Below are positions 57,219 through 64,000 of a stretch of DNA of 64,000 nt, piece by piece. The number at the start of each line of letters is the position of its first letter. The stretch's first letter is position 1. Source of the DNA: Dehalococcoidia bacterium. GTDB lineage: Bacteria; Chloroflexota; Dehalococcoidia; Lucifugimonadales; Australimonadaceae. The stretch covers positions 1,377,702-1,441,701 of the forward strand of contig OY764542.1 in NCBI GenBank assembly GCA_963668465.1, given 5' to 3'. Below the pieces are notes generated by a model, which worked only from the letters and a program-made list of their open reading frames with translations, did not search any database and was not told the DNA's origin. The translations under genes were made by a program, and so were the position numbers.

Positions 57219-59795
57219 TCAGGAGAGCGAGAACGTCGAGCCGTTCGGCCCGCGCGTGACCTCGATGCGCACCGGGAACGCTTCCTTGATGTCGTCCATG
57301 TGCGTGATGACGAGGATGCGCTCGAACCGGTCCTCGATGGCCTGGATGACCTCCAGGATGCGGTCACGCCCCTCGGCGTCCTGCGTGCCGAAGCCCTCGT
57401 CGATGAAAAGCGTGGGCAGGGGCGCGCCCGCGCGCCACGCGAGCACCTTGCTGAGGGCGATACGCACGGCGAAGTCGATGCGGAAGCGCTCGCCGCCGCT
57501 GAACATCTCGTAGGCGCGGGAGCCGAGCTCGTCCGCGATGACGATCTCCAGCGTCTCGACCGCGTCGCCGCCGCTCCTGCGTTCCTTCTGCGTCTCCAGC
57601 TTCAGCGTCATCCTGCCGTCGGTCATACGGCGCAGCAGGTCGTTGGCCTCGTCTTCCATGCGGGGGATGGCGGCTTCCATCAGGAGCGCCTGCACGCCGC
57701 CCTTGCCGAACGCGAGCGCGAGCTCGGTGTAGGCGCTCGCCTCGCCGGTCAGCGTGCTCCGCAGGGCCTCAGCCTGCGCGAGGTCGGCGGCGGCCTGCGC
57801 TATCTGCTGCATCTCGTTCTCCAACGAGCCCTTGCGCGCCTGCAGGCTGTCGCGATTCGCGGACGCGATCCGCAGTTGCTCGTCGACCTGCCCACGCTGA
57901 GCAGTCCACGACGGCAGCTCCGCCAACTCCTCCGCTATCGCCGCGCTTGCCTGTTCGGCGCGCGTGGCGTCGCCCACCGCTTCCGACGCCCGGGCGCGCG
58001 CCCGGGCGAGGGCCGCCGCGTCGTCGTCCATGCGCTCACGCGCTGTGGCGAGCGCCTGCCGCTCCTCCTCCCACCGCGCGAGGTCCCGCACCTGTGCTTC
58101 CGCCGCGCTGAGCGCCGTCGGATCGAACGAGAGCGCTTCGAGTTGCTCCCGCAGTCCTCGTGCCGCCGCCTGCTCGTCCTGCGCGTATGCGCCACTGGCG
58201 AGCGCGGCCTCGTTCTGCTGGAGCAGCGGAACGGCCTGCTTCAACTGCTCCGCCGCCCGCTCTGCCTCCTCCCGCTGCACGGTAAGGCGGCTCTGCTCAT
58301 CCGCGATGCGCTGCTGCTCGGCGGCGAGTTCGCTCTGGGCCCGCTCCGCCCCTGCTGCGGCCTCGACGGCCTGGTGCTCCAGTTGCTCTGCGCGCTGCTT
58401 CTGCTCTTTGTGACGCTGAAGCAACCCTTCTATCTCGCTCGCGTAGGACGCGCGTATCTGCGCGATGCCGTCCGGCCCGAGCTGGCTGCTGCAGAGCGGG
58501 CACGTCGCCGCGTCCACATGGTCGTGGCCGAGCAGGTTGAGCTTGCCTCTCAAGTCTCTGCCGCTCTTCTCTATCTGCTCGTTGTCCCGCCGGAGCGTTT
58601 GCACTTCCAGGGTGAGCTGCCGCCGGGATTCCTCTGCGCTCCCCGCCTCGGTCCGGCGGTTCTCCATAGCTGCCTGACGCTCGACCAGCTCATCATGCGC
58701 GCGCTGGAGCGACGGCAGCGACTCCGCCCTCGGCGTGAGTTGAGTGTCGACGTGCTGCCGCTGCGCCTGGATGTCGCTCTCGAGCCGGGCGCGGGCCTGG
58801 CCTATCGCGTTCTCCAGCGGCGCCAGTTGCGTCTGGAGCGCAAGCGCCTGTTGCGCGGCGTTCGTGAGTGTTCTCGCCCGTTCCTGCGCCTGCTGCAGTG
58901 CAACGACTCCCTGTTCGATCTCACCTGCGCGCTCGATGGTGCGCTGCCACCCGACGAGACGCTGGTTGAGGCCCGTCGCCTCTGCCTCTTCCTCGGTCTG
59001 CCGCTGGCGCGCGCGCTGCGCTGCAACATTCTGCTCGTCACGCTCCGCCTGCCGGCGTTCCAGGTGCGCGACCTTGTCGCGGAGCAGTTGCAGCCGCTCA
59101 GCGAGGCCATCCACGGATGTGGCCGCCTCGGCGAGTTCACGCTCCGCTTCGGCCAGCGCCGTACGCGTCTCATCGGCTGCTGCGGCGCGCTCGCGCAGGT
59201 GGTCGACGTTGATGGCGTTCGCCTCGAGTTTCGCCCGTGCGTCGCGTCCCCGGAGGCGGGCCCGCTCCGCGAGCTCGTCGTACCGCCCGAGGCCCAGCAC
59301 CTTGGCAAGCACTTCCTTGCGCGCGCCGGGGGTGGCCATCGTGAACTCGTCGGCGCGACCCTGTACGAGGAACGCGCTGTTCACGAACGTCACGTAGTCC
59401 ATGTTGATGATGCGCTCGATCTCCGCCTCGGTCGCCCTGATGGTGTCGCCGGTGATGGGCCGAAACTCCCCGCCGGCGGTCTGAACAGCGAGCTCCAGCG
59501 AACTCTGCGGATTGCGCCTCGCCTGCGAGTAACGGCGCGAGACGCGGTAGCGCTCGCTCCCGACGTCGAACACCAGCTCGACCTGCATCTCGGTCTGACC
59601 GTGGTGGAGGAGCTGCTCGTGCCGCTGACCGCGCGCCTTGCCCCAGAGCGCCCACGTGACGGCGTCCAGCAGGGCGGACTTGCCGTTGCCGTTCGGCCCG
59701 CAGAGGCACGCGACGCGTATGCCCTCCATGTGGAGCGTGGGAGCGGCGTCGCGGTAGGAGAGGAAGTTGGAGAGCGAGAGGCTTATCGGGAGCAA
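57219..59795 (-). CDS. sbcC: SbcC/Rad50-family SMC-like ATPase
   Basis: 858 aa; TTG start. N-terminal LSNFLSYRD...LCGPNGNGKSALLDAVTWALWGKARG (Walker A), long coiled coil with central zinc hook CPLC, FSGGERFRIDFAVRIAL signature, LFIDEGFGTQD Walker B. Confidence 0.88.
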   Translation of the reverse strand: MLPISLSLSNFLSYRDAAPTLHMEGIRVACLCGPNGNGKSALLDAVTWALWGKARGQRHEQLLHHGQTEMQVELVFDVGSERYRVSRRYSQARRNPQSSLELAVQTAGGEFRPITGDTIRATEAEIERIINMDYVTFVNSAFLVQGRADEFTMATPGARKEVLAKVLGLGRYDELAERARLRGRDARAKLEANAINVDHLRERAAAADETRTALAEAERELAEAATSVDGLAERLQLLRDKVAHLERRQAERDEQNVAAQRARQRQTEEEAEATGLNQRLVGWQRTIERAGEIEQGVVALQQAQERARTLTNAAQQALALQTQLAPLENAIGQARARLESDIQAQRQHVDTQLTPRAESLPSLQRAHDELVERQAAMENRRTEAGSAEESRRQLTLEVQTLRRDNEQIEKSGRDLRGKLNLLGHDHVDAATCPLCSSQLGPDGIAQIRASYASEIEGLLQRHKEQKQRAEQLEHQAVEAAAGAERAQSELAAEQQRIADEQSRLTVQREEAERAAEQLKQAVPLLQQNEAALASGAYAQDEQAAARGLREQLEALSFDPTALSAAEAQVRDLARWEEERQALATARERMDDDAAALARARARASEAVGDATRAEQASAAIAEELAELPSWTAQRGQVDEQLRIASANRDSLQARKGSLENEMQQIAQAAADLAQAEALRSTLTGEASAYTELALAFGKGGVQALLMEAAIPRMEDEANDLLRRMTDGRMTLKLETQKERRSGGDAVETLEIVIADELGSRAYEMFSGGERFRIDFAVRIALSKVLAWRAGAPLPTLFIDEGFGTQDAEGRDRILEVIQAIEDRFERILVITHMDDIKEAFPVRIEVTRGPNGSTFSLS

Positions 59796-59871
59796 AGCAG
59801 CCTCACTGGCGGGAGTGGCAGGATTCTATCAGCGCACCGCCCGCCTCTCTCCCCTGCGCTGTCCTCATTTC

Positions 59872-59898
59872 GTGGTTCGGCAGGCTCACCACGAACGG
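59872..59898 (+). repeat. REP-like element, family 2
   Basis: gtggttcggcaggctcaccacgaacgg. Confidence 0.7.
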
Positions 59899-59908
59899 CT
59901 GCCAGCAG

Positions 59909-61168
59909 CTAGGGCCGCCAACCCGCCTCTCGTGCGAGACGCTCCAATTCGCCGGGCTCGTCGATGACGGCGACGCGGTCGAGAAACTCGGCGAGGTCCG
60001 CAGAGTCGGCGCGTATCGTGCGCAGTTGCGGCTCGATGGGGCTGATCGACGCCGGGCCGTCCGCATACGTGCCGTGGAAGGCGAACCATGCCGTGTTCAG
60101 CTTGCGGATGCTGTGGCCCCGTTCCACGAACTCCAATCTCCGCTCTTCCAGATACGCCTCCGCCTCCTCAACCTTCCCTTCATCCAGCAGTTCTTCCAGC
60201 CGGGCACGGGTCTCCCGCATCTCGTACCGGAAGTCGAACACGCCGGGCTCTGGCGTGGGCCGCGGTTCTCCGGCCTTGGGGGGCTGCCACGGCTCGCGCG
60301 TCACCACCTCGCCGGTAAGCAGTTCGAGCGCCCTGTCGCTCAGTTCCTCCGCCGCGATGTTGGCAACGGTCTCGTTCACGCTCGTGAGTTCGCCGCCCGC
60401 GAACCATGCGCGCCCCAGCGGGTGGAAGATGAGCCAGTGATGCACCCACTCATGGCTCGCAACCGACAACGCCCCGCGGAGCGACGTGTCCGGCGTCACC
60501 TGCGCGGGGTACGTCGCCACGCCACCGATGCGGGCGACGATCGCGGAGATGTTGTCGTCGAGCGATTCCACCTTCCGTTCCAACTCATCCTGCTCCGGCA
60601 GGCTGATGTCGGAAGTGAGCAGACGGTCGTCCAGCCGGACGATGGCGTCGCGAGGCGAGCGCACCAGCACGTGGCCGCCCTCCTGGAACGCAAAGTCCAC
60701 AGGAGGCCAACGCACCGGTCCATAACGCGCGATGACGCCCAGGTCGTCGGCGCTCTGCGATATCGCGCCCTCCAACGTCTCCTCCACCACTGGCGCGAGT
60801 TCCGAGCGGCGGCGCTCCAGCGTCCTCCGTTCTTCTTCCAACGTCGCGACCTCGGCATCGGATGCCCCCTCGGCAAGGGCGCGCTCTATCTCCCGCCGCT
60901 TGGCGCTCAGCTCCCCACCTACCCGGAAGAACTCCTGCGCCCGCTCCAGCCGTTCGTCCGCGTCCGGCCTGCCGAAGACGCCCACGGCCAGGTTCAACCA
61001 TTTGTCCGGGAAGTGGACTATCTCCCAGCGTACGAGGTCCTGCTCGTAGGGAGCGGAGGTTCGGTACAGCTGCTCGACGGAATCGCCGCGTCCTATGCCA
61101 GCGGCGATCAGGAGCATGGCCGCCAGTGTCCACAGGCCGAGCGTATAGTTCCCCTTCAGCGCTCGCAT
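59909..61168 (-). CDS. Membrane-anchored HExxH protein (putative zinc metallopeptidase, aminopeptidase-DUF-like)
   Basis: N-terminal TM LGLWTLAAMLLIAAGIG; SVASHEWVHHW (HExxH); C-terminal NTAWFAFHGTYADG. Confidence 0.5.
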   Translation of the reverse strand: MRALKGNYTLGLWTLAAMLLIAAGIGRGDSVEQLYRTSAPYEQDLVRWEIVHFPDKWLNLAVGVFGRPDADERLERAQEFFRVGGELSAKRREIERALAEGASDAEVATLEEERRTLERRRSELAPVVEETLEGAISQSADDLGVIARYGPVRWPPVDFAFQEGGHVLVRSPRDAIVRLDDRLLTSDISLPEQDELERKVESLDDNISAIVARIGGVATYPAQVTPDTSLRGALSVASHEWVHHWLIFHPLGRAWFAGGELTSVNETVANIAAEELSDRALELLTGEVVTREPWQPPKAGEPRPTPEPGVFDFRYEMRETRARLEELLDEGKVEEAEAYLEERRLEFVERGHSIRKLNTAWFAFHGTYADGPASISPIEPQLRTIRADSADLAEFLDRVAVIDEPGELERLAREAGWRP

Positions 61169-61221
61169 GACCCCGCCTCATCCTCTCTCGGTGGTTCGCG
61201 TGTTGCTCTGCCGCTTGTGCG

Positions 61222-61250
61222 TTGCACGTTCATTACCGGTTAACTATTAT
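61222..61250 (+). promoter_or_regulatory. Sigma-70-like promoter candidate for the EF-G2 gene
   Basis: TTGCAC (61222-61227), 17-nt spacer, TATTAT (61245-61250); RBS gaggggagg before GTG 61293. Confidence 0.5.
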
Positions 61251-61292
61251 GCGCGCACAGACCCACCTCGGCGTTGAGGGGAGGCGCCTATC

Positions 61293-63323
61293 GTGGAACA
61301 ATTCACGACGCAGCAGATTCGTAACGTAGTACTTCTGGGACACTCAGGTGCAGGTAAGACGTCGCTTGGAGAGGCGATGCTCCACACAACCCAGGCCATC
61401 AGCCGCGTGGGACGCGTCGAGGACGGCAGCACCACCTCCGACTTCGAGCCCGAGGAGCACCGCAGGCAGACCAGCCTGCAACTCGCCATCCTCCCGTGCG
61501 TCTGGAAGGGAGTGAAGATCAACTTGATCGACACCCCCGGCTACGCGGACTTCGTGGGCGAAACCGCATCGGCGCTGCGCGCCGCCGACGCCGCGGTGAT
61601 CGTGCTCTCCGCCCCCAGCGGCGTGGAGGTAGGCGCTGACATAGCGTGGCAGCGCATCAGCGACCTCGGCCTCCCCACCATGGTCTTCGTCAACAAGATG
61701 GACCGTGAGCATGCCGACTACGAGGCCACGATGGCCCAGGTCCGTACACACTTCGGAAGCCGCTGCGCACCCATCAACCTGCCCATCGGCGCGGAGGCCG
61801 CGTTCAGCGGCGTCGCCAGTTGCGTTGAGGGGAATGCTCCCGCCGGGATGGAAGACGCCATCGCGGGGGCGAAGGACTTGCTCGGGGAGGCCGTCGCCGA
61901 GACCGACGACGACCTTACGCTGAAGTTCCTGGACGAAGGCTCCCTCAGCGACGAGGAGATAGCCCAGGGTCTGAGCAACGGCGTTCGGACCGCACAGACC
62001 GTGCCTGTGCTCGCAGGCTCGTCCGCGACCGGCGTGGGCATCGCCGAACTGATGGACGCCATCGTGAGCTACATCCCATCGCCTGCCGATTCCCCGGCGG
62101 TGGCAGCCACGAAGGGCGGCGCAGACGTGGAACTGACCACGGACCCGAACGGTCCACTTGCCGCGTTCATCTTCAAGACGACCGCCGACCCATTCGTCGG
62201 AAAGCTCTCTTTCTTCCGCGTGATGAGTGGCACGCTCTCTGCGAACAGCGAGGTGCTGGAAAGCGGTTCAGGCGACACCGAGCGCATCGGCCAGGTATTC
62301 GTCCCCATCGGCAAGAAGCAGGAGAGCGTCCCAAGCCTCGCGGCAGGCGACATCGGCAGCGTCTCGAAGTTGGCGCACGCTGTTACCGGGGACACGCTCG
62401 CCAACAAGGCAGACGCCATATCCGTGCCCCGGATGGAGTTCCCGGAGCCCGTTTTCCACATCGCCGTGCATCCTAAGAGCAAAGCAGACCTTGAGAAACT
62501 CTCTTCCTCTCTCGCACGGATCACAGAAGAGGACCCTTCACTGGTCCTTCACCGCGATCAGGCAACAGGCGAGTTGATCATCGCGGGCCAGGGCAGCACC
62601 CACGTGGAAGTGATGGCCGAGCGCGCGAAGCGGAAGTTCGGCGTCGAGCTTGAACTCGCTCCGCCGCGCGTGGCCTACCGCGAGACCATCTCCCGGATCA
62701 CGAAGGTCGAGTACAAGCACAAGAAGCAGTCCGGGGGTCACGGCCAGTACGGGCACGTGCTACTGCGGCTGGAGCCGCGCGGCAGGGGTGAAGGGTTCGA
62801 GTTCGCCTCCGAGGTTGTCGGCGGAAACGTTCCGCGTGAGTACATCCCCGCCGTGGAGAAGGGCGTACACAAGACGATGGATGAAGGCGCGCTCGCGGGC
62901 TTCCCCATCGTAGACGTGAGAGTCGTCCTCACGGACGGGAGTTCCCACTCGGTGGACTCGTCCGGCCAGAGTTTCGAGATAGCCGGAAGCATGGCAATGA
63001 AGAAGGGTGTTGTCGAGGCATCCCCAACCTTGCTGGAGCCGGTGATGCGCATGACCATCGTTGCCCCGGAGCAGTTCGCGGGCGCGGTGGTGAGTGATCT
63101 GAATACGCGGCGCGCACACATATCGGGCATGACCCCCATGGGTGGCGTCGCACACATCGAAGCGGAAGTGCCGCAATCGGAGGCGCTGCAGTACTCCACC
63201 CACCTGCGCGCGCTCACACAGGGACGCGGGACCCTCTCCATGCAATTCGACCATTACGGCGAGGTTCCGGCGCACCTGACTCCGAAGATAGTGGAGGAGT
63301 CGCAGGAGCTGGCCAGGGCTTAA
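61293..63323 (+). CDS. Elongation factor G paralog (EF-G2 type translational GTPase)
   Basis: 676 aa; G1 LLGHSGAGKTS (not the AHIDAGKTT of canonical EF-G), DTPGYADF, NKMD; colinear with Thermus EF-G-2 from memory. Confidence 0.88.
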   Translation: MEQFTTQQIRNVVLLGHSGAGKTSLGEAMLHTTQAISRVGRVEDGSTTSDFEPEEHRRQTSLQLAILPCVWKGVKINLIDTPGYADFVGETASALRAADAAVIVLSAPSGVEVGADIAWQRISDLGLPTMVFVNKMDREHADYEATMAQVRTHFGSRCAPINLPIGAEAAFSGVASCVEGNAPAGMEDAIAGAKDLLGEAVAETDDDLTLKFLDEGSLSDEEIAQGLSNGVRTAQTVPVLAGSSATGVGIAELMDAIVSYIPSPADSPAVAATKGGADVELTTDPNGPLAAFIFKTTADPFVGKLSFFRVMSGTLSANSEVLESGSGDTERIGQVFVPIGKKQESVPSLAAGDIGSVSKLAHAVTGDTLANKADAISVPRMEFPEPVFHIAVHPKSKADLEKLSSSLARITEEDPSLVLHRDQATGELIIAGQGSTHVEVMAERAKRKFGVELELAPPRVAYRETISRITKVEYKHKKQSGGHGQYGHVLLRLEPRGRGEGFEFASEVVGGNVPREYIPAVEKGVHKTMDEGALAGFPIVDVRVVLTDGSSHSVDSSGQSFEIAGSMAMKKGVVEASPTLLEPVMRMTIVAPEQFAGAVVSDLNTRRAHISGMTPMGGVAHIEAEVPQSEALQYSTHLRALTQGRGTLSMQFDHYGEVPAHLTPKIVEESQELARA

Positions 63324-63432
63324 CCGCTTTTTGGCTGTTCTCTCGAGCGCCCTCGGGAGCATGAGGGCGCCGCCTTCCGCCATTCCCCCGGCGGACAAGG
63401 CATCTAGTACAACGGTTTGAAGGAGCATGCCC

Positions 63433-64000
63433 ATGCAGGGAGTGATTCTCGCTGCCGGCGACGGCGGCAGACTCCGGCCTTTCACGTACCGGACGCCGAA
63501 GCCGCTCATAGTGCTGAGAGAGCGTCCGCTCATCTGGTATCCGCTGACCGCGATGGCCGAGGCGGGCATCAGAGAGGTCGGTATCGTCGTCGGCTATCGC
63601 GCAGAGCAGATCATCGAGGGACTTACGGGATGGGCGCCCGACGGGATGCGGCTGGAGTTCATCCACAACCCGGAGTTCGAGGGCGGCAACGCGGTGTCGG
63701 TGCGCGCCGCACGGGACTTCGCGGGAGGCGGGCCCTTCATGCTCGCGATGAGCGACCACATCATCGAACCCGGTGTCGCCGCACGGCTGACGGGAGAGTG
63801 CGAGCACCCGGCGATGCTGGGCGTGGACTCGGCCGCGTCCATGGAGAGCCAGTTGAGCGACGCCACGAAGGTGCTGGTGGACGACGACGGCTTCCTCCGG
63901 CGTATCGGCAAGGGGCTGCGGCGCTGGAACGCGGTGGACATCGGCGTATTCGTTTTCCAGCCGTCCATCTTCGCCACCCTGGATCACCTCTATGCGCAGG
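63433..64000 (+). CDS. Sugar-phosphate nucleotidyltransferase family protein (3'-truncated by the window end)
   Basis: MQGVILAAGDGGRLRPFTYRTPKPL = GxGxR NTP-transferase signature; RBS gaaggag 7 nt upstream; no stop before 64000. Confidence 0.8.
   Translation, partial: MQGVILAAGDGGRLRPFTYRTPKPLIVLRERPLIWYPLTAMAEAGIREVGIVVGYRAEQIIEGLTGWAPDGMRLEFIHNPEFEGGNAVSVRAARDFAGGGPFMLAMSDHIIEPGVAARLTGECEHPAMLGVDSAASMESQLSDATKVLVDDDGFLRRIGKGLRRWNAVDIGVFVFQPSIFATLDHLYAQ

Noticed and set aside
59796-59908. Possible remnant of an sbcD gene upstream of sbcC.
   Set aside because: The gap is only 113 bp and is largely occupied by a REP-2 element. No phosphoesterase-like coding fragment is present in any frame.
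57159-59912. 917-aa plus-strand ORF antisense to the sbcC-like gene.
   Set aside because: It is a Leu/Arg-rich mirror image of the coiled-coil codons and has no motifs. The minus-strand frame carries Walker A/B, the signature motif and the zinc hook.

Overview
High-GC bacterial chromosomal segment. Gene content, Pro/Thr-rich lipoprotein linkers and the interspersed REP-like repeats suggest a Chloroflexota-like organism; this is a low-confidence guess. I recognised no rRNA, tRNA, CRISPR array, integrase or transposase. About 60 genes are supported.

Housekeeping genes: uvrA, ruvC-ruvA, leuS, an EF-G2-type paralog and an SbcC/Rad50-like ATPase.

Transporters: an Fe3+/polyamine-type ABC system, an Aap-like amino-acid ABC system, a TRAP system, a MATE pump, and orphan OppD/OppF/ProV-type ATPases.

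Catabolic block (about 26.4-48.8 kb): six amidohydrolase_2 paralogs, a xanthine-dehydrogenase-family Mo subunit, a Zn-alcohol dehydrogenase, CMD/AhpD-like, PaaI and MBL-fold genes.

Accessory inserts that stand out:
1. An AT-rich single-gene island (54454-55407) encoding a protein with a nucleoside-2-deoxyribosyltransferase/TIR-like C-terminal domain. This is my best candidate for an undescribed stand-alone defence or nucleotide-processing effector.
2. A lower-GC DpnI-like methyl-directed restriction gene with an unknown 117-aa partner (7839-8979).
3. A DUF5678 + retropepsin-like two-gene cassette bracketed by 21-nt direct repeats (9487-10327).
4. Two toxin-antitoxin-like pairs: DUF4258/DUF2283, and HicA with a tandem-fold HicB.
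5. An sbcC-like gene with no sbcD, followed by a CMD gene and two translationally coupled paralogous methyltransferases.

Several families of short interspersed repeats and unusual intergenic repeat or palindrome clusters are also described. All domain calls come from motif recognition by eye; no database search was run.
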